64,000 nucleotides of DNA from Candidatus Poribacteria bacterium (GTDB lineage Bacteria > Poribacteria > WGA-4E > WGA-3G): the NCBI GenBank assembly GCA_965215265.1, contig OZ244048.1:4448001-4512000 (forward strand), written 5' to 3'. The position numbers were made by a program, and so were the translations under genes. The number at the start of each line of letters is the position of its first letter. The stretch's first letter is position 1. Shown here piece after piece: positions 1 to 10,114 of the stretch. The notes below the pieces were generated by a model. It ran no database searches. It saw nothing but the letters and a program-made list of their open reading frames with translations, and was not told the origin of the DNA.

Positions 1-1
1 T

Positions 2-1894
2 GAGCTGCGAGAGGACTTGTTCTGCTGTTTGGGTTTTGAGTCCTGCGCTAATCACTTCATCTTCGCTAATGTCATCAATAAGTTGTTCGGTTTGGCGTGT
101 AGCGGTTTTCGTCTGCTTAGGTTGATGCTCGAGGGGTTGTGAATCGGTTTTCTCTGCGTCGCAGACACCGACAGCGTCAACGATAAAGAAGTGTGTTTTT
201 TGGGTAGCGTCGCCGGTGACGGCTTGCAAGTCGTCTGGGCTGATGGTTCGGGTGCCGCGGCCTTTCATCTGTTCGAAATAGCCGTTAGATCTCACTGCAC
301 GCATGAAGAGGAGGCACTCAAGCGGTTTGATGTCGGTGCCGGTGGCAATCATGTCGACACTGACAGCGACCCGGAATCGGGGGTCTGTTCGGAATTTGGC
401 GATGCGAGCTTCTGGTTTATCGCTCTGGTAGGTAATTTTTTGGCAGAAGTCGTTTCCTTTAGCGAATTCCTCCCGGACGATGTGGACGATATCCTCTGCG
501 TGTGAGTCGTCTTTAGCAAAGATAATGGTTTTAGGGACGACGGTTCTGTCGGGGAAAATATCTGTGAAAAGTTTGGCTTTGAAGGTTTGGATGACGGTGC
601 GGATCTGGTTAACGGAGACTACGTCTCGATCCAACTGCGTTTCGTGGTATTCGACATCTGCGTCGAGTTCTGCCCAGTTGATCTGTCGTGTTTCGCGATT
701 CCGTTTTTGGACGTAATGCCCGGCTTCAATATTGCTACCGGCTTGTGTGATTTTGGTTCGGATGCTATAGACATAATAGCCGACGTTCACATTGTCTGCG
801 ATGGCTTGTTGGTGGCGATATTCGGAGACGAGGTTCTGGTTGAAAAAAGCGAGTGTCTGTTTGTAGGGGGTTGCGGTGAGTCCGACAATGAAAGCGTCGA
901 AGTATTCCAAAACGCGTCTCCATTTGCCGTAGATGGAGCGGTGGCACTCATCGACAATGACGATGTCAAAGGTATCAATCGGGATGTGAGGATTGTAGTT
1001 AAGTAGGGATGGGGGTTCCGTCTCAGTATCGTTCTCAAAAGCGGATTTTTCCTCAGAGGTAGTGTCGTACTCGGTTTCGCTTTTCAGCATGGAGTAGAGG
1101 CGTTGAATGGTAGTAATGCAGACCTGGCTTGTCGAGTCAATGACGTTGCTGGTGAGATGTTGGACGTTGTATAGTTCAGTGAATTTGCGTCCATCGTCGG
1201 GTGCGGTATAGGCTTGGAATTCACGGAGGGTTTGCCTACCGAGGTTACTCCGGTCGACGAGGAAAAGAATTCGCTTTGCACGTGCGAATTGGATAAGCCG
1301 GTATGTTGCAGTGACGGCGGCATAAGTTTTGCCGCTGCCGGTGGCCATCTGTATTAAGGCGCGTGTGCGTGCTTCTGCGAGCGATTTTTCAAGATTTGTG
1401 ATTGCCTCAAGTTGACAGTTCCTGAGGTTTCCGTTTTCTAGGGGCGGGATGTCATTTTTGAGTCTGTACCGGAAGGTTGTCGGTTCGACGATTTCCCGGC
1501 GAAGCGCCTCGGGTGTATGGAACGTAAAGAGTGGGCGTGAGCGGGGTTCCGGGTCGCGTGTATCCCGGAAGCATGTTTCAACGCCGGTGGATTGATATTC
1601 AAAAGGACAGCCGGAAAATATGGGCAGTGCCTCTGGTAAATTGGCGCGGTACCGTTCTGATTGCTGAGAGGCACCACTAAGGGTTGTACCGGCTTTTTTG
1701 GCTTCAAGTAATCCGACTGCGATGCCGTCAACAAAAAGAAGGTAGTCGGCTTTTTCCGCACTGTTCAACCGGTATTCGCGGATGGCGACACCGAGCCCTT
1801 CAGCTGCGGCGCGTTCAGCATAATCATAAATGCGCCATCCGGTTGCTTCAAGCATCTGATCTATATTGCGTCTGGCTTGCTGTTCAGGAGTCAT
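2..1894 (-). CDS. hsdR: Type I restriction enzyme R subunit (HsdR family), running off the left edge
   Basis: Not in the ORF track because there is no stop in the window. Manual translation from ATG 1894: MTPEQQARRNIDQMLEATGW...ADYLLFVDGIAVGLLEAKK (PD-(D/E)xK nuclease), QMATGSGKT (Walker A), IVDECHRSIY (DEAH box), GLTATP, VDMIATGTDIKPLECL, YFEQMKGRGTR. Confidence 0.92.
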   Translation of the reverse strand, partial: MTPEQQARRNIDQMLEATGWRIYDYAERAAAEGLGVAIREYRLNSAEKADYLLFVDGIAVGLLEAKKAGTTLSGASQQSERYRANLPEALPIFSGCPFEYQSTGVETCFRDTRDPEPRSRPLFTFHTPEALRREIVEPTTFRYRLKNDIPPLENGNLRNCQLEAITNLEKSLAEARTRALIQMATGSGKTYAAVTATYRLIQFARAKRILFLVDRSNLGRQTLREFQAYTAPDDGRKFTELYNVQHLTSNVIDSTSQVCITTIQRLYSMLKSETEYDTTSEEKSAFENDTETEPPSLLNYNPHIPIDTFDIVIVDECHRSIYGKWRRVLEYFDAFIVGLTATPYKQTLAFFNQNLVSEYRHQQAIADNVNVGYYVYSIRTKITQAGSNIEAGHYVQKRNRETRQINWAELDADVEYHETQLDRDVVSVNQIRTVIQTFKAKLFTDIFPDRTVVPKTIIFAKDDSHAEDIVHIVREEFAKGNDFCQKITYQSDKPEARIAKFRTDPRFRVAVSVDMIATGTDIKPLECLLFMRAVRSNGYFEQMKGRGTRTISPDDLQAVTGDATQKTHFFIVDAVGVCDAEKTDSQPLEHQPKQTKTATRQTEQLIDDISEDEVISAGLKTQTAEQVLSQL

Positions 1895-2218
1895 TTTTTG
1901 AATGGATTGCGGCAAATCCGCACCGGACAATTGTTAACTTTAGTTGATAAGTTTAGCATAAACTTGATTCGGATGCAAGTTTTTTTTAGAGTTGGCATAT
2001 TCGATTCTATAGTTGTGAGATTTTTGCGTAAGAGAGAACGCATCGCCCTGTCTATACTATGCTATTTTGCACTGCTGAAGCGGACGGATTGTTTCTACTG
2101 TTTCTATAGGCGCATGTTTTGAGAACGGTAGGCTATCGTCTGATATGTTTTGATACGTTTTGATATGTTTCACTCTTCACAAAAATCGGGGGTTCCGCTC
2201 GTCAGGTTCAAAATTTGC

Positions 2219-2248
2219 TTGACATGTATCGGCAATCGGTGTTAGAAT
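2219..2248 (+). promoter_or_regulatory. sigma70-type promoter
   Basis: TTGACA-18 nt-TAGAAT upstream of ORF 2359 and purL. Confidence 0.6.
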
Positions 2249-2358
2249 AAGACTATCTTATAAAAGGTAATTTCCCAATAGTTCCGCTTTTAGGTCCCAG
2301 TTACACCAAACATTTTGAGCCATATAGAGAGCGATGTTTTTTTAGGACTTATACGCAC

Positions 2359-2700
2359 ATGAGTGAGGCACTTTTTACAATCCTGAGGTATTTTCACGCT
2401 CTATGTAGCATAGTCCTTTTAGCTGCAGTTTTTCGGTTTATGTTCCATGTATTCCGTGGGAATTTGAGAGAGTTTCTCAGGCGGAGTCGTACGACGCAAT
2501 TCTTTATGCGTTGGTGGAAACCGATGGCTGCGGGTTACTTGTTATTAGCGTTGTTGCTTGAGGAATTAGAGTGGACGCATGTCTATCTGTTAATATTTCT
2601 GTTAATTCTGACAGGGATTTACATCGTTCTAAGATTGTGGTTAGAACGTCTTGAGCAAGAAGATGACTCTGATGATGATGAGGCACCGCCTTCTCAGTGA
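2359..2700 (+). CDS. small membrane protein (about 3 TM segments, acidic tail)
   Basis: Hydrophobic segments and acidic C-terminus; AGGA upstream of ATG. Confidence 0.7.
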   Translation: MSEALFTILRYFHALCSIVLLAAVFRFMFHVFRGNLREFLRRSRTTQFFMRWWKPMAAGYLLLALLLEELEWTHVYLLIFLLILTGIYIVLRLWLERLEQEDDSDDDEAPPSQ

Positions 2701-2881
2701 AGTTGATGGGGACATTCCCTGGCGTGTTCGGGGGAACTACTTCTCATCAGATCATCGGAACGGATCAGAGAAAACCTGCGGAGCTGTTAGAAGGGACGTA
2801 AGCAGTAAATGGACTCTGTTCGTTAAACAAAAAGATGGGGATGCTTGTTAGCGCGCGTTACCCTTTAGTGACGGAGAAACG

Positions 2882-5314
2882 ATGGCCAGTACCGTGGAAG
2901 AAATTAATATTGTGAATGCGGACGATTCCGAACTGATGCGAATCAGTCAGGACGGCACCTTGTCGCTGAACCTAACAGAGATGCACGCAATTCAGAGGCA
3001 CTTTAGCGGCTTGGGGCGCAACCCGACCGATGTAGAGCTTGAGACGGTTGCACAAACGTGGTCGGAACATTGTGTTCACAAAACCTTTAAAAGTATCATT
3101 AACTATTCCGAACCGGGTAAGGTGCCGGAGCGGATTGATGGATTGTTCAAGACATTCATTCAACGTGCGACGGAGGAGCTTGCAAAGCCGTGGTGTGTTT
3201 CTGTGTTTTCGGATAACGCGGGCATCATTGAGTTCGATGAAACATATAACCTCGTTTTTAAGGTAGAGACGCATAACCATCCGTCGGCGATCGAGCCGTA
3301 CGGTGGGGCTGGTACGGGCATCGGTGGTGTGATTAGAGATTCACTCGGTACGGGGCTCGGTGCGAAACCGATTCTGAACACGGATGTGTTCTGCTTCGGG
3401 TTACCGGATACCTCTTATGCTGCGTTGCCGAAAGGGACGCTTCATCCGAAGCGCGTTTTTAAGGGGGTTGTGGCTGGGGTTCGGGATTATGGTAACCGGA
3501 TGGGCATTCCGACGGCGAATGGGGCGATCTTATTTGATGAGGGCTACACCGCCAACCCGCTTGTTTTTTGTGGAAATGTCGGCTTAATTCCGAGGGACCG
3601 GTGTGAGAAATCTGTTAGTCCTGGTGATCTGATCGTCGCCATTGGGGGGCAGACCGGGCGGGACGGCATCCACGGGGCAACCTTCTCTTCTGCGGAATTG
3701 GATGATACTTCTGAAAATCTCGGTAGCGTTGTCCAGATCGGCAATCCGATTATGGAAAAGAAGATCGTTGATGCGTTGCTCCGGGCGCGCGACCGTAACC
3801 TGTACCGTTCTATTACGGATTGTGGTGCAGGCGGTTTCTCGTCCGCGGTTGGTGAGATGGGACAGGATACCGGGGCAGAGGTGCATTTAGAACGCGTTTC
3901 CCTCAAGTACGCTGGCCTCGCGCCGTGGGAAATCTGGCTTTCCGAAGCACAAGAGCGGATGGTCCTCGCAGTACCACCGGGAAACCTTGCTGAATTGATG
4001 GATATCTGCGATGCTGAAGTGGTTGAGGCGACGGTGTTAGGGACATTCACAGATACGCAGAGACTACAAGTTTTCTATCAAGGCACGATTGTGGCAGATT
4101 TGGAGATGGACTTCTTGCACAACGGGCTCCCGCAGCCTGTGAAAGAAGCGGTTTGGTCTCCGAAGTCTGTTGACGCTAATGTCCGTAATGTCTCTGACGA
4201 GCTGGGGATGGATAGGACACAAATCCTGCATCGGCTGCTTGCGAGCCCAAATATAGCGAGTAAAGAATCTGTTATCCGTCAATATGACCACGAGGTACAA
4301 GGCGGTGTCGTTATCAAACCGCTTGTTGGAGTTGAAAACGATGGACCGGGCGATGCTTGTATCGCTACACCGGTTCTCGGGAGCCGGAAAGGCGTTATTG
4401 TTGCAAACGGAATTAACCCGAAATACAGCGCGCTTGACCCATATCACAGTGCTGCAGGTGCTATCGATGAGGCGTTGCGCAACGTCATCGCTGTTGGCGG
4501 AACGCTTGCTCGGACAGCGTTATTGGATAATTTCTGTTGGGGTAACCCGGATAAAGCGGATCGACTCGGAGAGTTGGTGCGAGCTGCGAAAGCGTGTTAT
4601 GACATCGCGACTGTATACGGCACGCCGTTTATTTCTGGCAAAGACAGTCTCTACAACGAATACCGTGACACGACAACGGGTGAACAGCGTGCAATTCCGG
4701 CGACGTTGCTAATATCTGCAATCTGCGTGATGCCGGATATCAATCGCGCTGTCACGATGGATGTGAAAGCACCCGGTAACTTCATCTACGTTGTCGGCAA
4801 TACTTATCACGAACTGGGTGGTTCGCACTACTTTGGTCTGCAGGGTGTCCTCGGCAACACTGCACCGGTCGTTAGGCCGGAGGCAGGCAAGTTAACGATG
4901 GAGACGCTCAGCGTTGCCATAAGTCGCGGTTTCGTGCGTTCGTGTCACGATTGCTCTGAGGGTGGGCTTGCAGTTGCGGCGGCGGAGATGGCGTTTGCAG
5001 GTGGATACGGGATGCACCTCAATCTCACACACGTCCCTGTCGGCGACAGAGATGTGCCGGACGGTTCTGTTGCACGCGAGATTCCTCTGGACGATGTTCT
5101 CCTGTTTTCTGAGTCAAATAGTCGATTCCTTGTAGAGGTTGAACCGCAACACCGAGAAACGTATGAGGCGTGCATGGCAGATGTGCCGATGGGGTGCATC
5201 GGGACCGTTACAGCAGGACGAGCGTTTATTGTTAACGGCACTGAAGAGGAACGGGTTGTTGAAGCATCTATTGATGCTCTCAAGACGGCGTGGCAGTCCC
5301 CGTTATCCTGGTAA
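2882..5314 (+). CDS. purL: phosphoribosylformylglycinamidine synthase subunit PurL
   Basis: WSEHCVHK, KVETHNHPSAIEPYGGAGTG, DCGAGG, SEAQERM, ISGKDSLYNE motifs. Confidence 0.97.
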   Translation: MASTVEEINIVNADDSELMRISQDGTLSLNLTEMHAIQRHFSGLGRNPTDVELETVAQTWSEHCVHKTFKSIINYSEPGKVPERIDGLFKTFIQRATEELAKPWCVSVFSDNAGIIEFDETYNLVFKVETHNHPSAIEPYGGAGTGIGGVIRDSLGTGLGAKPILNTDVFCFGLPDTSYAALPKGTLHPKRVFKGVVAGVRDYGNRMGIPTANGAILFDEGYTANPLVFCGNVGLIPRDRCEKSVSPGDLIVAIGGQTGRDGIHGATFSSAELDDTSENLGSVVQIGNPIMEKKIVDALLRARDRNLYRSITDCGAGGFSSAVGEMGQDTGAEVHLERVSLKYAGLAPWEIWLSEAQERMVLAVPPGNLAELMDICDAEVVEATVLGTFTDTQRLQVFYQGTIVADLEMDFLHNGLPQPVKEAVWSPKSVDANVRNVSDELGMDRTQILHRLLASPNIASKESVIRQYDHEVQGGVVIKPLVGVENDGPGDACIATPVLGSRKGVIVANGINPKYSALDPYHSAAGAIDEALRNVIAVGGTLARTALLDNFCWGNPDKADRLGELVRAAKACYDIATVYGTPFISGKDSLYNEYRDTTTGEQRAIPATLLISAICVMPDINRAVTMDVKAPGNFIYVVGNTYHELGGSHYFGLQGVLGNTAPVVRPEAGKLTMETLSVAISRGFVRSCHDCSEGGLAVAAAEMAFAGGYGMHLNLTHVPVGDRDVPDGSVAREIPLDDVLLFSESNSRFLVEVEPQHRETYEACMADVPMGCIGTVTAGRAFIVNGTEEERVVEASIDALKTAWQSPLSW

Positions 5315-5397
5315 CTTTTGCGTAGCGTAAGGGTTTAAGATATAGGTTTGTGGTCTGGCGATTCGTCGCCTATGGAAAAAGGGAAAAGGGGGAACCG

Positions 5398-6168
5398 ATG
5401 CTGAAACCGCAGGTTCTCATTTTGAGAACAGCAGGAACGAACTGTGATGGAGAGACCGCAGCTGCCTTCCAATTTGCAGGTGCGGATACGGTTCTCGTCC
5501 ATATCGAACAACTCGTCTCGGGGGGGACCGGGTTAGAGGCTTACCAGATTCTGGCGATTCCGGGTGGATTTTCGTACGGCGATGACATCTCCGCGGGGAT
5601 TCTACTTGCTAACGAGCTCAGGCACAAATTAGCGGATGCGCTCAATCGGTTTATAGAGGATGGTAAGTTAATACTCGGTATCTGCAATGGGTTTCAGGTG
5701 CTTGTCAAGTGCGGGTTGCTGCCGAAACTCGATACGCAGATGACACAGAGCGCGACATTGGCAATGAATACGTCCGGAAAATTTGAGTGTCGCTGGGTTG
5801 AGATGACGGTGCAAGAGAGTCCGTGTGTGTTTACGACCGGCTTGGAGTCGCGTGTCTACCTGCCGGTAGCGCATGCGGAGGGACGCTTTACTGCGCCGCG
5901 AGAGATGCTGGAGCAGATGGAAGCAAACCGTCAGGTTGTCTTTCGATATGAGACGGCGGAGTATCCGTCTAATCCTAACGGTTCGGATTTGAATATCGCG
6001 GGCATCTGCGATCCGACGGGGTGCATTTTCGGGCTGATGCCGCATCCGGAGCGGTTTCTTACCAGATGGAACCATCCTCGCTGGACGCGTGAAAGTCTAC
6101 CGGAAGAAGGGGACGGTTTGGCTATTTTCAAAAACGGTGTCAATTATGCAAGGGCGAATTTTTCATGA
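5398..6168 (+). CDS. purQ: FGAM synthase glutaminase subunit PurQ
   Basis: GTNCD, PGGFSYGD, GICNGFQ, AHAEG, GLMPHPER; ATG 5398 preferred over GTG 5350. Confidence 0.96.
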   Translation: MLKPQVLILRTAGTNCDGETAAAFQFAGADTVLVHIEQLVSGGTGLEAYQILAIPGGFSYGDDISAGILLANELRHKLADALNRFIEDGKLILGICNGFQVLVKCGLLPKLDTQMTQSATLAMNTSGKFECRWVEMTVQESPCVFTTGLESRVYLPVAHAEGRFTAPREMLEQMEANRQVVFRYETAEYPSNPNGSDLNIAGICDPTGCIFGLMPHPERFLTRWNHPRWTRESLPEEGDGLAIFKNGVNYARANFS

Positions 6169-6599
6169 GCAATAAATTATCGCGTCGTCTGCTTCCGTTG
6201 TACATGAAAACCCCGGTTTTATTGGCGTTCATCCTGCTCTCGCTGCTGGGTCAGATACTCTGGGTGGCTGCAGTCTCCCATCATCCGCGGATTGACCTGC
6301 GGTGGTGTGCGTTTGGATTCGCGTTCGGGATTATGCTCGGTTTTATGCAGGGCAAATGGACATCTCGGCTGTGGGGACGTTCATATCTACAGGTCATCAA
6401 GCGAGAATTCACATTTTGGCATGCAGAAGGGGCGAAAAGTCTGACCTGTTATACTGTTTTAGCGCTCGGTGTGCCGATTTTCACTTGCCTCTTCATTCAG
6501 ACGCTCAGCACTTTAGCCGGTTTCCAATGTTATGTTTTCGGTTTTATCAGTGCGATGAATTTTGCGTTGTTGTTGTGGGTGCGCCGGCTCCCGAAATGA
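6165..6599 (+). CDS. hypothetical membrane protein (about 4 TM segments)
   Basis: ATGA overlap with the purQ stop; four hydrophobic stretches. Confidence 0.75.
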   Translation: MSNKLSRRLLPLYMKTPVLLAFILLSLLGQILWVAAVSHHPRIDLRWCAFGFAFGIMLGFMQGKWTSRLWGRSYLQVIKREFTFWHAEGAKSLTCYTVLALGVPIFTCLFIQTLSTLAGFQCYVFGFISAMNFALLLWVRRLPK

Positions 6600-7084
6600 T
6601 TCAAGCGAATTTGAAACGAGCAGACTTTCAAAGTTCATGATACCTCCATCGAAAACGGCAGGACCGTCGTCTCAACTTGTGCGAGATCTATTCACACCTG
6701 AGCCGAGCTTCCTTTTTTTCTCTCGAGCCGCAATAAGGTTTTTGCTCAGCCCCAACTCGGAATTGCCTCTATTACATATATATAATACCACGTACACACT
6801 TAAAATGGAAACTTTTTTTGCTCGCCTGAAATGGGTTTTTAGTAAGTGAAACAGGGCGTTTCACACTTCATTGGATAAAATCGCCGATGAAGGGTGGCAC
6901 CGCGGGGACTCCAAATAGAACGGACATTCTCCTTTATCCGTTCGAAAGTTGGATATACCGGATAGAGAAACAATACAGCCCAGGTTCATAGGGGATTATC
7001 TGAAAGAAAATATAATTGTCTTTTTTTTCTCAGTGTGGTAACCTGAAACAACGGTGTATCGAGATTGGGAGTTCGATTCTAGAG

Positions 7085-8845
7085 ATGAGACTTGATAAAA
7101 ACCAGACAAAAGCGGTTAATCACGTTACCGGTCCTGCGATTGTGGTAGCGGGGCCGGGAAGTGGGAAAACAACGGTCATCGCCGAGCGGATTCTGAACCT
7201 CATCCGTGTCCATAACGTACCGCCGGAGAAGATTCTTGCAATTGCTTTTAATAGAAAAGCAGTTGAAGAGATGGAGAGCCGTATCTTGGCGGGATTAGGT
7301 AAGAACAGCTGTGCTCATGGTGCCTTGTTACCTGAAATCCGGACGCTTCATGCGTTCGGGAAGGATATTATCATCGAGAACTATCGGTACGCCGGATTTG
7401 CGCAGGAGCCGCAGATCTGGTCTGGACACCTTGGGCGAATGATCGTGACGGAGCGGAATCGACTTGAGCAGGAAGCCTCCACGACCACGGTTGCTATCTA
7501 TAAAATTGAGAGTAAGACGACCGGTAGGTGTTACATTGGTCAGAGCGTAGCTCCGGAGCGACGGGAGCGGGAGCATTTCAGCTATTCGTCAAATGATAGG
7601 CTCCGTCAGGCAATCCGGGCTGAAGGCGTGTCCGGATTCAGTTTTGAGGTGCTTGAATGGGTGCTTGGGGCAGATGCGAACCGTCGCGAGGCGTATTGGA
7701 TTGGGGTTTACAAGAACCAGTGCAGTGTCTTTAACCGTGCAGATCCGTTGCGAGAACGGTTTAGTAGTCAGGTGATGCTTGAGATGTTCTGTCAGCATTT
7801 CGGCATTCCTTATGAAGTGCATCTCGACCGGCACCCTGATTTCGAGAATTTGTTTGAACGGTTTGATGCCATCCAATCGGAAGTGATGCGAGCGAAACGG
7901 CAAGTTAAAACGGGGTTGTTCGACCCGAAGACGCTTGAGAACCGGGTTGTACAGGCGTTTGCAGAGAAATACGAGGCGGCGAAAACGGAGGCAAACGCTA
8001 TTGATTTCGAGGATATGCTTATCCATTCCGCGAATCTATTTGAACGGTGCCCGGACATCTGTCAAACCTACTGTGAAAGATATCCATATCTGCTTGTTGA
8101 TGAGTTTCAAGATATTTCGCCTGCAGATTTTCGGCTGATTTCCCGCTTATCAGAAAATCTTTTTGCTGTGGGGGACGATGACCAAGCGATTTACGGTTTT
8201 CGCGGCGGCAATTCGCAAATTATGCTTGAATTTGCCAGCCGTCGGGATGTTTCAAAATATGAGATTACGCGCAATTATCGTTCTACCTCGACACTTGTTG
8301 AGCATGCGAGGACCCTAATTGAACGTAACTTACCACGTATTAAGAAGGATCTCCGGGCGCATAACCCGGTTCGAGGTTGTATAAGCATTGTGGAGGCAAC
8401 GCCTGAAAGGTTAGAAGAGTTGTTATTGGTAGAATTAGCAACCCGCCAAGAGACAGCCGTCCTCGCCCGCACGAACTACGAAGTTGACGTGCTCGAAAAG
8501 ATGTTGAGCGGTAGACATGCTGAACACCGCCTATCGGAAATAACGACTATTCACAAAGCAAAGGGCCGTGAGTATGAGAAGGTTATCCTCATTCACAACG
8601 CATTGGGGCGACACTTCCCGCGTGGAGATAGCGATAGGACAGAGGAACGGCGCGTGCTCTATGTTGCAATGACGCGGGCGAAGTTGGAATTGGTTGTTTT
8701 GGGTGGGGATTGTCCTTTCATTCCGGAGTTTGAAAAGGTGCGTAAAAATTTAGGGTATTATTCGCGGCAGTTTGGGTATTGGTATGCGAGGCGGAAGTTG
8801 AATCAAAAAGAACTTGATTCTGCTAATAAAATGTCGGGGCATTAA
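7085..8845 (+). CDS. UvrD/Rep-family SF1 helicase with an inserted GIY-YIG nuclease domain and no 2B subdomain
   Basis: AGPGSGKT, AIAFNRKA, TLHAF, LVDEFQD, VGDDDQAIYGFRG, NYRS, AVLARTN, TIHKAKGREY, EERRVLYVAMTRAK; insert AIYKIESKTTGRCYIGQS...R..EH...E..WI. Start may be 7016. Confidence 0.9.
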   Translation: MRLDKNQTKAVNHVTGPAIVVAGPGSGKTTVIAERILNLIRVHNVPPEKILAIAFNRKAVEEMESRILAGLGKNSCAHGALLPEIRTLHAFGKDIIIENYRYAGFAQEPQIWSGHLGRMIVTERNRLEQEASTTTVAIYKIESKTTGRCYIGQSVAPERREREHFSYSSNDRLRQAIRAEGVSGFSFEVLEWVLGADANRREAYWIGVYKNQCSVFNRADPLRERFSSQVMLEMFCQHFGIPYEVHLDRHPDFENLFERFDAIQSEVMRAKRQVKTGLFDPKTLENRVVQAFAEKYEAAKTEANAIDFEDMLIHSANLFERCPDICQTYCERYPYLLVDEFQDISPADFRLISRLSENLFAVGDDDQAIYGFRGGNSQIMLEFASRRDVSKYEITRNYRSTSTLVEHARTLIERNLPRIKKDLRAHNPVRGCISIVEATPERLEELLLVELATRQETAVLARTNYEVDVLEKMLSGRHAEHRLSEITTIHKAKGREYEKVILIHNALGRHFPRGDSDRTEERRVLYVAMTRAKLELVVLGGDCPFIPEFEKVRKNLGYYSRQFGYWYARRKLNQKELDSANKMSGH

Positions 8846-8979
8846 AGGCCGAGTCGCACGGATTTTCCTCAGGCGCTTCAGCGGTTTTATGGACACCTAA
8901 AAACGACGCTTTGGGACAGAATCAGACTACTGCCTTGAATCAAGAAAAGGCGAGGCTCTTGGACATGCTGACAATGGCA

Positions 8980-9231
8980 TCAGATCCGCCTCTCGTATTC
9001 ATCGTGTGTTCCAATCCAGAACCAGATGAAATTCCCGTCTTCTTCACGGGCTAACGCTCTGTAACCTCCACTCACCCGTATTGCCCAAAGGTTTCCGACC
9101 TTTTTTAAATGAATTGAAGGGTGTCTGGGATTTTGCCGAAGGCGTTGAAACTTCTGCGGGACGCGGCTTCGGACATTGAACGGAAGTTTCGCGTAAGATT
9201 CCCAAAAATCGTCATCGAGAATATGGTTCAT
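8980..9231 (-). CDS. RelE/ParE-superfamily toxin
   Basis: 83 aa, basic; FWESYAKLP...NPRHPSIHLKKVGNLWAIRVSGGYRALA...WFWIGTHDEYER. Confidence 0.88.
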   Translation of the reverse strand: MNHILDDDFWESYAKLPFNVRSRVPQKFQRLRQNPRHPSIHLKKVGNLWAIRVSGGYRALAREEDGNFIWFWIGTHDEYERRI

Positions 9232-9556
9232 GCTCTAACAGTTTCTGGAGTTCCTCTATGCTACGGCATTTGCCTTCTCGATAATTCTTCACCGCTTTTT
9301 CAGCAAGGGCATCCAGCCGTCCGGCTTTCACATCTTTTTCAAACTGCTGCTCCCATGCTTCTTCTTCTGCGACTAAGGTGTCATGAAGTTTATTTTCAAG
9401 GGTCTTCAGCAGTGCTTTTTCTGTAGGTGCCTCGCATTTAACTTCTGGAACATCTGGAATCCTCCCAAGCCAACTCGTGCTGTTTCTCTGAATGTGAGCG
9501 ATGTAGCTCTCTTCAAAGCCGTTATCATGAATCTCAACCTTCTTTATTTTTTCCAT
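9212..9556 (-). CDS. antitoxin: HicB-like N-terminal domain plus acidic C-terminal helix
   Basis: YIAHIQ...WLGRIPDVPEVKCEAPTEKALLKTL (HicB-like) then EAWEQQFEKDVKAGRLDALAEKA; overlaps the toxin gene. Confidence 0.75.
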   Translation of the reverse strand: MEKIKKVEIHDNGFEESYIAHIQRNSTSWLGRIPDVPEVKCEAPTEKALLKTLENKLHDTLVAEEEAWEQQFEKDVKAGRLDALAEKAVKNYREGKCRSIEELQKLLEHEPYSR

Positions 9557-10010
9557 TGTCTTCTCCTACGGATGAAGTTAGGTAGAGTTTTTCGGTGTCT
9601 GTCTGCAAATCGTGTTCCCAAGTTTTGGCGTTACGAAAAACAGATGGTTCTTCTGCCCACGAGGCGGTCAACAACCACTTAGGGATAAAAGCGACATCAA
9701 CACGTTTTTTAGAGTTCTGTAAATACCAACTTTCTAAACTTTGATGGATGTGTGGTGCAAATTCCCGATTACTGCGGTATGCCCGGAGCTCGCGAATAAG
9801 CGTTCTGCGGACTTGCTTTTGCTGCCTCTTGAAACGCCAGCGAGCGGCGTTACTCCGAAGATACTGTAGGAGATACCGGCGTTCTAAATTATAGCGATGA
9901 TTCCAAGAACGTCGTAACTCCTGAACAAGCAGGTCTTCAAGGGTAACCTTTTCAGGTATCCACTCGCCATTTTCAATACAGTTGAATTCGTAAAGGAATT
10001 GGTTCTTCAT
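9534..10010 (-). CDS. hypothetical Arg/Trp-rich helical protein, first gene of the TA operon
   Basis: 158-aa ORF overlapping the antitoxin start; no recognisable motif. Confidence 0.55.
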   Translation of the reverse strand: MKNQFLYEFNCIENGEWIPEKVTLEDLLVQELRRSWNHRYNLERRYLLQYLRSNAARWRFKRQQKQVRRTLIRELRAYRSNREFAPHIHQSLESWYLQNSKKRVDVAFIPKWLLTASWAEEPSVFRNAKTWEHDLQTDTEKLYLTSSVGEDNGKNKEG

Positions 10011-10114
10011 GTATTAGCTTTGCGGCAACCGGCTTACTTCTATCTCTGTCTGGATAGAGGCACCGGGGACAGAGAACGGCAGTATTAGGAACTCTTTGAA
10101 GGAAGCGTCCCAGA

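Noticed and set aside
191-1947. Many short ORFs on both strands
   Set aside because: Shadows of the minus-strand HsdR frame, which the track missed because it runs off the edge.
2142-2171. Triple 10-bp repeat TGATA(T/C)GTTT
   Set aside because: Short and low complexity; could be an operator but there is no further support.
7490-7735. Intein or group I intron in the helicase
   Set aside because: No intein terminal motifs and no frame interruption.
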